NCBI RefSeq assembly: GCF_006345805.1
Contig: NC_043018.1
Location: 23,188,001 to 23,252,000, forward strand
Reading direction: 5' to 3'
DNA: 64,000 nucleotides
Origin: Octopus sinensis
Taxonomy: Eukaryota
Shown here: in pieces, positions 35,262 to 46,775 of the stretch
How the letters are laid out: every line of letters starts with the position of its first letter
Numbering within the stretch: position 1 is the first letter of the stretch
Notes under the pieces: model-generated
Seen by the model: the letters and a program-made list of their open reading frames with translations, nothing else
What the model was told of the DNA's origin: nothing
The model's database searches: none
Translations under genes and position numbers: made by a program

Positions 35262-35705
35262 TTTCTTTGTTGCCCACAAGGGGCTAAACATAGAGGGGAC
35301 AAACAAGGACAGACAAACGGATTAAGACGATTACATCGACCCCAGTGCTTAACTGGTACTTAATTTATCGACCCTGAAAGGATGGAAGGCTAGGTCGACC
35401 TCGGCGGAATTTGAACTCAGAACGTAATGGCAGACAAAATACGGCTACGCATTTTGCCCGGCGTGCTAACGTTTCTTATTTCTTTAATACCCACAAGGGG
35501 CTAAACACAGAGGGGACAAACAAGGACAGACAAACGGATTAAGACGATTACATCAACCCCAGTGCTTAACTGGTACTTAATTTATTGACCCCGAAAGGAT
35601 GAAAGGCAAAGTCGACCTCGGCGGAATTTGAACTCAGAACGTAACGGCAGACGAAATACGACTATGCATTTCGCCCGGCATGCTAACGGTTCTGCCAGCT
35701 CGCCG
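35262..35705 (-). mobile_element. Two tandem SINE family C copies
   Basis: 35262-35475 (head-truncated) directly joined to 35476-35705. Confidence 0.85.
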
Positions 35706-36142
35706 CCTAAATATAGCTTAGTCCACTAGTTTGGATCTGATCAGGAGTTAAACAACAGTATTCTAACTGATGACATGGCTTCCATATGGTTGCACAACCT
35801 GTCAGAAATAGTAGCTAAATCTACTTCAAATAACACCTTTTTATTGCAAAAAAAGGTGGGTGGGTGGGTGCGCATCGGATGATGTAGTTCTAGATAACCT
35901 TTTTTTAATTTTTACTTGTTTCAGTCATTTGACTGCAACCATGCTGGAGCACCACTATGAAGGATTAAGTTGAACAATTCGACCCCAGCACTTATTTTTT
36001 AAGCAGGTGCTTATTATATCAGTCTCTTTTGCTGAACTGTTAAGTTTTGAGGACATAAACTGACACCAGCTGTCAAGCAGTTGTGGGCAACAATAGCAGA
36101 GACATGGATATATGTGAATGTGTGTGTGTGTATATATATATA

Positions 36143-36318
36143 TGGCGCAGGAGTGGGTGTGGTAAGAAGCTTGTTTACCAACCACATGGTTCCAGGTTCA
36201 GTCCCACCATGTGGCACTTTGGGCAAGTGTCTTCTACTATAGACTCGGGCTGACCAAAGCTTTGTGTGGATTTGGTAGATGGAAACCAAAAGAAGCCCAT
36301 TGTATGTATGTATGTTTG

Positions 36319-36366
<48 letters not shown>

Positions 36367-36655
36367 ATGTATGTGTATATGTATGTGTATGTATGTATAT
36401 GTATGTATATGTATGTGTATATGTATGTATATATGTATGTGTATATGTATGTATTTGTGTCTGTGTTTGTCCTCCCACTGTTGCTTGACAACCGATGTTG
36501 GCATGTTTACATCCTCGTAACTTAGTGGTTGGACAAAAGAGCCCGGTAGAATAAGTACTAGGCTTTACAAAGAATAAAGTCCTGGTGTCAATTTATTCGA
36601 CTAAAGGCAGTGCTCCAGCATGGCTGCAGTCAAATGACTGAGACAAGTAAAAAAG
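36143..36655 (+). mobile_element. SINE family A with expanded central microsatellite
   Basis: Head, (TA)/(TATG) spacer and tail. Confidence 0.85.
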
Positions 36656-37710
36656 AAAGCATTTGTTAGCTGACATCATCCATAGATGGGGGTAATTTCT
36701 AAGAAATTAAACCCATTAGACTTCAAGTGGACCGTTTATTACTGCTGCTGCTGGGAGCTGGCACGCAGAACATGGTAAAGTTGATCGGTCGTAAGTCGGA
36801 GACAACCTGTAGCTGTAATTATTAACAAGCACTCCATTGGCTACGACGACGAGGATTCCAGTTGATCCGATCAACGGAACACCCTCCTCGTGAAATTAAC
36901 ATGCAAGTGGTTGAGCGCTACACAGACGCATGTACTCTTAATGTAGTTCTCGGGGAGATTCAGCGTGGCACAGAATGTGATACGGCTGGGTCCTCTGGAT
37001 TACAGATACAACACATTTTTGTGTGTTGGGCCTCGTGGGGGGCGAGGTGGCTGAGTTCCTTTTGAGTGTTGGGCCTTACAGAGGCAATGAGCAAGTCCTT
37101 TGGCATTGTAATGGGCTTGAGAAGACCCATCAAGCCCGTAGCTAAAGTAGAATACACTTTTCCCAAGATGCTTTATAGTGGGACTGAACCCAAGACCATA
37201 TGGTTAGGAAGCAAGCTTCTTAACCACACAGCTACACCTGTGCCTATTTTGTTTTGTTTTGTTTTTCCAGTTTCAGCTCTTGAGCTGTGGCCATGCTGGG
37301 GCACCGCCATTGTGGTGAAAGAGTACAGCAGGGATCACCACCCCCTGCCGGAGTCTCGTAGAGCTTTTAGGTGTTTTCGCTCAATAAACACACACAACGC
37401 CCAGTCTGAGAATCGAAACCGCGATCCTGCGACCGCGAGTCCGCTGCCCTAACCACTAGGCCATTGTTTGCTATTTTTTAAAAATTGGGTCAAGACAGGA
37501 ATGTTTATTTTTTTTTTTATCATACATCTTGTGTGCTGGTTCCGAGGTGACCTGGGGTTAAACAACAAAAGTTTACATTCAGTTTGACAAATTGCCATAT
37601 TTTTCTGATGCTATTTATAAAATATTTAAATAGCAAGTTACATAAAAAGCAATGTGCACTCACTTTACTGTATACATTGTGATGGAGTATTGAAGGGGTG
37701 TGTGTGTGTG

Positions 37711-37768
<58 letters not shown>

Positions 37769-38529
37769 TCACATACATCATTTGTTTGTTTCAGTCATTA
37801 GACTGCGACCATGCTGGGGTACCACCTTGAAGCACCTTTAGTTGAATGAGTCAGCCCCAGTACCTATTTTTTTTCCGTTTTGAACCTACTACTTATTCTA
37901 TCGGGCTCTTTTTGCCGAACTGCTAAGTTATGGAGACATAAACAAACCAACACTGGTTGTCAAGTAGTGGTAGGTGACAGAGCCACACACACACACACAA
38001 CACACACACACACACGATGGACTTCTTTCAGTTTCTGCCTGCCAAATCCACTCACAAGGCCCGAGATTGTAGTGGCAGACACCTGCCCAAGGTGTCATGC
38101 AGTGGGACTGAACCTGGAACCATGTGGTTTGAAATAGATATTTATACCATCAGCATTGTTTTAACATCTATTTTTCATGCTTGCATGAGTCAGAGGGAAT
38201 TTGTTGAGGTAGATTTTCTATTACCAGATGCCTTCCCTATTGCCAATCGTCACCTGTTTTCAAGGAAGATCATAGTTCTTCATGGCTATGCTTTTCATGG
38301 AAGACAGAAAATTAACGACATCGCTTGTATGACGGTGGAGCTCGTTTACAACTGTCATACGATATCAAGACAGGTGAACCCCTCTCTGCACACGTTTACA
38401 TATGGCAGCTTTCTTTCAGTTTCCTTCCACCAGATTCATTCAAAGGCTTTGGTCAACCTTGAGCTATAGTTGAAGATAGTTGCTCAGTGTTGTTCAGGTG
38501 GACTGAACCTGAGACCCCATGGTTGGGAA

Positions 38530-38845
38530 TCATCATCATCATCATCGTTTAACGTCCGCTTTCCATGCTAGCATGGGATGGACGGTTCAACTGGGGTCTG
38601 GCAAGCCCGAAGGCTGCACCAGGCCAGTCAGATCTGGCAGTGTTTCTACAGCTGGATGCCCTTCCTAACGCCAAACCACCGAGAGTGTAGTGGGTGATTT
38701 TATGTGCACCACGACACAGGTGCCAGATGAGGCTGGCAGACGGCCACGCTCGGATGGTGTTTTTTATGTGCCACCGACACAGGTGCCAGACGAGGCTGGC
38801 AGACGGCCATGCTCGGATGGTGTTTTTTATGTGCCACCGACAATA
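38530..38845 (-). mobile_element. Family B copy
   Basis: Core plus tandem units. Confidence 0.85.
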
Positions 38846-39119
38846 ATGTTTTTTAACCACACAGCCACATTCAAATACAGATCATATTGAAATAAGTTTA
38901 ATAAGTACCACCAGATTGAATGAATTGTGTTTTACTGACAAGAAAGTAAATTTCAAATGCAGTATAGCTGCCGTGAAAACAGCAGGCGGATTGGGTGTTT
39001 TACCCTTATAAGACATAAAAAGTTGTCAGCAGACAGTTACAGGATTCGCCCAATCTTTCTGCTGTTTCCATAGCAACTATACTCCATTTTTCTGTAAAAT
39101 ACAAAACATTTGATGCTTC

Positions 39120-39530
39120 CAGGAGTGGCTGTGTGGTAAGTAGCTTGCTAACCAGCCACATGGTTCCGGGTTCAGTCCCACTGCGTGGCATCTTGGGCAA
39201 GTGTCTTCTGCTATAGCCCCGGGCCGTCCAATGCCTTGTGAGTGGATTTGGTAGACGGAAACTGAAAGAAGCCTGTCGTATATATGTATATGTATGTATG
39301 TATGTGTATGTGTTTGTGTGTCTGTGTTTGTACCCCTAGCATTGCTTGACAACCGATGCTGGTGTGTTTACGTCCTCGTCACTTCGCGGTTTGGCAAAAG
39401 AGGCCGATAGAATAAGTACTGGGCTTACAAAGAATAAGTCCCGGGGTCGATTTGCTCGACTAAAGGCGGTGCTCTAGCATGGCCGCAGTCAAATGACTGA
39501 AACATGTAAAAGTAAAAGAGTAAGAGTAAA
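39120..39530 (+). mobile_element. SINE family A, full length
   Basis: Head to gtaaaagagtaagagt tail. Confidence 0.9.
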
Positions 39531-39724
39531 ATGTTATTAAATAAATTGGGTTTTTTAAATTTATTTATTATTATTTTTCTTTGTATATCTCTTATGTGAT
39601 CACTTTATTCAGCTCTGTGCACAGCTACAACACTGTTGTTAGGTGTGTAATTGGTTAATAAAAAATCCTATCTAAAACAAAGATTTTCCTCTTGTTCAGC
39701 TAATGTTTTTCGAACTAGAGTTAA

Positions 39725-40389
39725 CCCTTTTGATACCAACCCACCTGAAACTGCTCCTGGTTCTATGATACAAATTCCCCATCACAAAGTGATATTCAGA
39801 TTATTCTGTTAAATGTAATGCTTATTTATTCACAATTTTTTTGGCCGGATCCTGCCTCTGTCACCTTACCCTACATTGTTAGTCTAAAACATATACAGCC
39901 ACATAATCAAAATCTCAAGGCTGCAAGATAGTGCAAGATAAATCTTTATATATAAAAGAGAGGTTGTGTGCTGTCTGTCTCCTACGTTTTAGATTCCTAA
40001 CTACTCCCACATTTTGCGGTGCAGTTTAACCAAAACCGGGTATCTTATAGTCGTGATTCATATCGAGCCCTTCTGGGTATTAGCGCGTGTCTACGATGAG
40101 TCTACGATTAAAAAAAAAAATTACCATCAGTGTTTCCCATTTTTAATGCATTTTTGACATATATAAGGGAAGTAACTCTCTAAAAATTTAGTATTAAATC
40201 TCAGAACGTAAAAAGCTACAGTAACCCCCCCCCTTTGTGGTTAGCCATATTGAGATGGCTATTATACTTTACATCTCTAAAAATGCTTATATAGTTATTT
40301 CCCTTACAAACCCGAGCAACGCCGGGCGATACTGCTAGTTCAAAATAAATAAGGGTTACATTTAACAGAATAATCTGAATGCTGAAAGG
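39725..40389. mobile_element. TTAA-flanked MITE (family E type) hosting a Helitron
   Basis: TTAA at 39721-39724 and 40390-40393; cccttt / aaagg termini. Confidence 0.7.
39943..40338 (+). mobile_element. Non-autonomous Helitron
   Basis: 5' TC(tttatatataaaag), subterminal hairpin cccgagcaacgccggg, 3' CTAG, inserted between A and T with no TSD. Confidence 0.85.
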
Positions 40390-40566
40390 TTAATATATCA
40401 CTGTTATTTTACTATCATTTAACGTCCATTTTCCATGCTGGCATGGGTTAGATGCTTTGACTAGAGCTGGTAAGCCAGAGAGCTTCACCTGGCTCCAGTC
40501 ATGTGTTTTGGCTTGGTTTCTACAGCTGGATGCCTTTCCTAATGCCAGCTACTATCTGTGAGAATA

Positions 40567-41133
40567 CACTACTGTCAGAAATTAATTAGCACCCTTGATT
40601 TGCTCACCATGAAGCATGGTGGAAGTGGTCTGATGGTGTGAGGGGCATTCAGCTACAGTGGTGTTGGGCGGCTCTATGCTGTCAAAGGCAACATCAACGC
40701 AGCAAAGTACGTTGAGATAGTACGGGATATCTCTTTGGTGGCGAGGAGTACGTGCTGGCCAGTCACCTGACCTGAACCCTATTGAGAACCTCTGGAGTCG
40801 ATTGGGTAGGGATTCGAATGTGCAGCAATACAGGAACCGACACGAGCTGTTTGGGGCACTTCTTGCTGCATGAGGGGCCATCCCTGCACAGTACCTGCAG
40901 GCACTCATAGACAACATGCCGACCCACGTAGCAGCTGTCATTGCTGCCAAAGGAGGTGCAACAAGATATTGACTAAATTTCACGATTAATAACAATTATG
41001 TGGTGTGCTGGGATATGTTTTAATAAATTTTTGATTAAAAACGAGTTTGTTTCTGATAATAAGTTAATTAAATTAAGAAAATGTAAGAAAATGTAGAAAT
41101 TTGAGAAGTGCTAATTAATTTCCGACGCAAGTG
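40567..41133 (+). mobile_element. Internally deleted Tc1 transposon
   Basis: TA TSD; TIRs cactactgtcagaaattaattagcac / gtgctaattaatttccgacgcaagtg; peptides KHGG..MVWG and SPDLNPIENLW...GGATRY. Confidence 0.92.
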
Positions 41134-41595
41134 TAGATGGTATTGTTGCAGCTTCTCTTCAATGATAATGTCAATCTGACAAAAATGTGTTAAGCAAATC
41201 AGATGGATCTTCTCTTGCATATAAAGCTGACCCCCAGTAGCTTTGTCAGAAAATGTAACATGTCCTGGTATAGCTAGGTGGAAACATAGAAATGTAGACT
41301 TGTGTGCGTTCTGGCCCTCAATCACACTGAAATAATACCAGCACTGGTTTTGAACTCACAACCTGTAATCAGTTACCTTATCCATTCAATCCATCTCAGT
41401 GTTCTGCTAAGCAAGTTTAAGTATTTTTTGGAAGAAATAAAGCTGCTTGTAATGCAAGGCACCCATCTGGGAGAAGGACATAACTAATTTAACTTATTTG
41501 TTTCGGCACCTTGGGCAAGTGTCTTCTGCCGGTGTCAAAGACTTGTGAGTGGGCTTGGTGGATGTAATCTGAAAGAAGCCTGTCATTATATATAG

Positions 41596-41787
41596 GTGTA
41601 GGACCCCCCTGGCACCTGTGCAGGTGGCACGTAAAAAGCACCCACTACACTCGCGGAGTGGTTGGCGTTAGGAAGGGCATCCAGCTGTAGAAACTCTGCC
41701 AGATCAGACCGGAGCCTGGTGCAGCCTTCTGGCTTCCCAGATCCCTGGTCGAACCGTCCAACCCATGCTAGCATGGAGAACGGACAT
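41596..41787 (+). mobile_element. Family B copy
   Basis: Core and (GAT)n tail. Confidence 0.85.
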
Positions 41788-41841
41788 TAAACGATGATGA
41801 TGATGATTTCTGTTGAAATACACAGGTTTTGTTTCACTTAA

Positions 41842-42046
41842 CCCTTTAGCAATTGGATTATTCTGTCAAATGTGATGCTTATTTATCCACATTGCTTTGA
41901 ATGTATCATGCTTTAACTCTTGGCTTCAAGATTTCAATGATGCGATTGTTTATTATTAGAATGACATTGTGAGGTAGGTGTGAGAGGCTGGATCTGGCTG
42001 GTTTGAACACAAAAACAAAACAGGGAGAATATCTGAGTTAGATCTT
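41842..42046. mobile_element. Family E MITE lacking its right TIR
   Basis: ttaa-ccctttagc left end; body matches 10530-10717; runs directly into the 39-bp array. Confidence 0.7.
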
Positions 42047-43263
42047 GTTATCTGCTAGGGCCTCAGAGACACAGTAAACTGTCAGGTTATCTGCTAGGGC
42101 CTCAGAGACACAGTAGACTGTCAGGTTATCTGCTAGGGCCTCAGAGACACAGTAGACTGTCAGGTTATCTGCTAGGGTCCCAGAGACACAGTAGACTGTC
42201 AGGTTATCTGCTAGGGCCCCAGAGACACAGTAGACTGTCAGGTTATCTGCTAAGGCCTCAGAGACACAGTAGGCTGTCAGGTTATCTGCTAGGGCCCCAG
42301 AGACACAGTAGACTGTCAGGTTATTTGCTTGGGTCCCAGAGATGCAGTAGACTGTCAGGTTATCTGCTACGGTCCCAGAGACACAATAAACTATCAGGTT
42401 ATCTGCTATGGTCCCAGAGACACAGTAGACTGTCAAGTTATCTGCTAGGGTCCCAGAGACACAATAAACTATCAGGTTATCTGCTACGGTCCCAGAGACA
42501 CAGTAGACTGTTAGGTTATCTGCTAGGGCCCCAGAGACACAGTAGGCTGTCAGGTTATCTGCTAGGGTCCCAGAGACACAGTAGACTGTCAGGTTATCTG
42601 CTAGGGCCCCAGAGACACAGTAGATTGTCAGGTTATCTGCTAGGGCCTCAGAGACACAGTAGACTGTCAGGTTATCTGCTAGGGTCCCAGAGACACAGTA
42701 AACTATCAGGTTATCTGCTAGGATCTCAAAGACACAGTAGACTGTCAGGTTATCTGCTAGGGCCTCGGAGACACAGACTGTCAGGTTATCTGCTAGGGCC
42801 TCAGAGACACGGTAGACTGTCAGGTTATCTGCTAGGGCCCCAGAGACACAGTAGACTGTCAGGTTATCTGCTAGGGCCTCAGAGACACTGACTGTCAGGT
42901 TATCTGCTACGGCCCCAGAGACACAGTAGACTGTTAGGTTATCTGCTAGAGCCCCAGAGACACAGTAGACTGTCAGGTTATCTGCTAGGGCCCCAGAGAC
43001 ACAGTAGGCTGTCAGGTTATCTGCTAGAGTCCCAGAGATGCAGTAGACTGTCAGGTTATCTGCTAGGGCCCCAGAGATGCAGTAGACTGTCAGGTTATCT
43101 GCTAGAGCCCCAGAGGCACAGTAGACTGTCAGGTTATCTGCTAGGGCCCCAGAGGCACAGTAGGCTGTCAGGTTATCTGCTAGGGTCCCAGAGATGCAGT
43201 AGACTGTCAGGTTATCTGCTAGGGCCTCAGAGATGCAGTAGACTGTCAGGTTATCTGCTAGGG
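42047..43263. repeat. 39-bp minisatellite, about 31 units
   Basis: Unit GTTATCTGCTAGGGCCYCAGAGACACAGTAGACTGTCAG; two 36-bp variants. Confidence 0.97.
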
Positions 43264-43603
43264 CAGTGGTTCTCAACTAGGGTTCATATGGCCCTTGGTG
43301 TTCCATGTAAGATTTTGTAGGGTTCACTCCACAAAATATAAATTGGGAATCCACATAGTATTTTAAGGGTGTCTGAAAAGATTTTGCTTTAGATGTATGT
43401 ATTGCAAGAAACAACTGACTTTCTTCAACATTTTACATACTTCAACCTACAAAAGTTAATGTGTGAAAAACAAAATAGGGATTTTGAAAGACGTTTCTAT
43501 AAAACTAGTTTTTAAACATTAAATGGCTACAAGGGGAGGGTCCACTAGAATAAAATAGTAATCAAAGGGGTCAATAGATAAAAGAAACAGATGAGAACCC
43601 CTG
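43264..43603. mobile_element. hAT MITE
   Basis: TIRs cagtggttctca / tgagaacccctg; 8-bp TSD tgctaggg / tgctaggt (7 of 8). Confidence 0.85.
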
Positions 43604-44199
43604 TGCTAGGTCCTCAGGGACAAACAACTCCCTATCTTCAGGGATCACCTGACGAGCTACTTACTCTCTGAGCCGCTTAGCAGCAGAATCAGATCGTCAT
43701 AAAATCCATAGACAGCGATTGGATTAAGGCCATGCTGGGGCATCATCTTGAAGGCTTTAGTTGAAAATCGATCACAGTACTTAATCTTTTAGTACTTACT
43801 CTGTAGGTCACTTTCGCTGAAACTGCAATGTTACAAGGATGTAAACAAACCCACACCAGTTCTCAAGCAGTGTGTGGAAGGCATACACAAACAAGCACAC
43901 ACGCGCGTGCGTGAAGGCTTCCACACAGTTTCGGCGTACTAAATTCCTTCACATGGCATTGGTCGGTCCAGGGCTATACTATAAGACACTTGCCCCCCAG
44001 GTGCTGTGCAGTGAAACTGAACTAGAATCTACGTGACTGTAAAACGAATTTTTTAACCACCTGGCCATAAATGAATTTAATTAGCAATCATTAATTTTTG
44101 TTCTCTTCTAATTGTTAGACTAATTAGTAAAAAAAAAACAACCAAAAACAAAACAATCCCTCCTGCCTCACCTTTAGTTCCTTCTTGATCGCGTATCTT

Positions 44200-44201
44200 G
44201 C

Positions 44202-44233
<32 letters not shown>

Positions 44234-44474
44234 TATATATATATATATATATACACCACACACACACACAACATATATATATACATACACACACCACATA
44301 TATATATACACACACACACACACATATATATATACACACACACACATATATATATACACACACACACACACATATATATACACACACACACATATATATA
44401 TATATACACACACACATATAATATATATACACACACACATATATATATATATACACACACACACGTATATATAT

Positions 44475-44507
<33 letters not shown>

Positions 44508-44838
44508 CACACACATATTTATATATATGCACACACATATATATATATATATACACACACACATATATATATACACACACATATATATATATATACACAC
44601 ACACATATATATACACACACATATATATATATATATACACACACATATATATATATATACACACATATATATATATATATACACACACACATATATATAT
44701 ATATACACACACACACATATATATATACACACACACACATATATATATATACACACACATATATATATATATACACACACATATATATATATATGCACAC
44801 ACACATATATATATATGCACACACACACACACACACAC
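44200..44838. repeat. Compound (TA)n(CA)n microsatellite
   Basis: Alternating TA and CA runs; source of spurious YI/CV ORFs. Confidence 0.95.
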
Positions 44839-44842
44839 AAGT

Positions 44843-45112
44843 GCAGCGTGGAAGGTGCTTATAAGCCATTTAAAAACACACAAAACCATTACATTCACTA
44901 TCAGATGCAGCATGGAATTTTGTCAGTGAACAGGTCGCGGTTTCAAAGAGACGAAAATATTTTGCTAAATTAAATTTAAATATTGAAGGGAATCTAACGG
45001 TTTTTGTGTGTGTTTTTTAAATGGCTTATAAACACCTTCCACGCTGCAATTGTTTTTGTTTCAGCACGCGATCCCAGATCAAGTCACTTGCTATGCAAGT
45101 ACATTTCCGTAA
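44843..45112 (+). mobile_element. Family J element with inverted terminal segment
   Basis: 44843-44890 is an inverted copy of 44996-45048; body homologous to 12398-12602; flanked by CA/TA repeats. Confidence 0.75.
44918..44969 (+). ncRNA. Candidate hammerhead, G3-C8 variant (second copy)
   Basis: uuuUGUCA-GUGAACA-G-GUCGC(gguuucaaa)GAGAC-GAAA-AUAUU-U/UGCUAAA. Confidence 0.5.
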
Positions 45113-46210
45113 TATATATATATATATATAGCTTTATTGATCCTTCTAAGCAACCATATTGACGTCTCCGTGTGTGTGTGTGTGTGTGGGTGCGTGTTTT
45201 GATCAGTAAACACACGTGAAAATTCTGACTAGAAATCTCAGCACTATAATTCACACACACATACACACGGAGAAAACCATGAGTGATTTCCTATCTAGTC
45301 TTTTTCCACGTGCAAATATTTACTACGCAGTAACAATAGTTCAGTGAAACAACCCGACTACAGTACAGCGGACTGCTGCAACCACCACCGCCTGCACAGC
45401 CGCCGCCACCACTTTCCTAATGGCAAATTGCAACAACAACAACAACAACAGCAGCAGCAGCGTCACCATCTTCACGGCAGACTACTGTACTACCTGCACC
45501 GCCGCCGACACCACCACCACCACCACCTCTATTATCATCCTGGCGGTGGTGGTGGTGGTTGTCATTGTTCTGTAACAGGTATTGTGGCGAATTACTAGTG
45601 GAATTAAAAGTGCCTTTGTCTCTGCTGCCTGTGGTGATGAAACTGTTATTTAACCCCAGGTCAGGCTTAATACGGCAGCATTTTTTTTTTTTTTGTGTGT
45701 GTGTGATTAAAGATATTCCAGACGTGACCACTCTTATTCTATTTATCCAGGTTACAATTATTAGATATCTTCCTTTTTATTTATCTATTTATATATATTG
45801 AAGCTGGTAAGGTGTTTGTTGTTGTAAGGGTGTTTTGCGAGGAAGATTTGGCTGCTATTTCTAGCTTATTCGGATGGTGGTGATGGTGGTGGTAGTTCGG
45901 ATTTAGTGGGGGGGGGGTTCCTTCTCTTTTTCCTGTTGTTTCTCCATATTGAATGCGAAGTCAGTTTGGTTCTGTTGATAATGAATAATTGTTTGAAATT
46001 ATAAATTGTATATGATGCATTTACCCCCTGTATCTGTGTGTGTGAGATTATTTGTATGCATGCGGTGTGTGTTTATATATACTTGCTTGAATCTAGCAGT
46101 GAGAAATGTGTAATAGCGATAAACACAATACAATTACTGTCACAGCAAATATAATTATTTTGTATTCATGATGATGTTTTGCTATTTATACATTTGGACA
46201 AAGCAAAGCG

Positions 46211-46775
46211 AGGTACTTGTAGTAGTATATATATTACAAGCTCTGTATGAAATAGTCCGTCCAGCGAAAGAAAGGGGCACTTGCTGTTTAGCTTACTATT
46301 AAAATATGTCTAGCCACCCACTTTTATTAAGGGGTTGGTAGCGGTGGTGGATATTTTGCTGATATATTTAGCTTACTATTGAAACATGTCCATCCCGCTT
46401 TTATTCAATAAAAGAAGGGGGATACTTGCTGTTATATTTAGCTCACTATGAAATATGTTTAACCAACCCTTTTATTAATCAGAAAAAAGGGGATACTTGT
46501 TATATTTAGCTTATCGTGAAATATGTCCCGTCCTTATTGAACAAAGGAAAAAGGGGTACTTGCTATTATAGTTAGCTAACTATGAAATCTGTCTAGCCAC
46601 CCCCTTTTATTAAACAAAAAAAAAGGGGATACTTGTTCTTATATATTAGCTTTCTGTGAAATATGTCCAGGGTTTTTTCTGTTTCGCTCACATTAACTGA
46701 GAAAAGATCCTATGTCCGTTCACCTCTTTTATGAAATAAAGAATAGGGGTGCTTGTTATTATATGTGGTTCCCTG
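46211..46775. repeat. Degenerate ~65-75-bp tandem array, about 7-8 units
   Basis: Recurring ggg(a)tacttg...tttagcttactatgaaatatgtc...cttttatt...aaaagggg. Confidence 0.7.

Noticed and set aside
40582-40995. 137-aa minus-strand ORF
   Set aside because: Antisense of a decayed Tc1 transposase on the plus strand.
42047-43263. Regular array considered as CRISPR-like
   Set aside because: No unique spacers, contiguous units, eukaryotic context and no cas genes.
44077-44973. ORFs up to 278 aa rich in Y/I/C/V/H/T
   Set aside because: Translations of (TA)n(CA)n.
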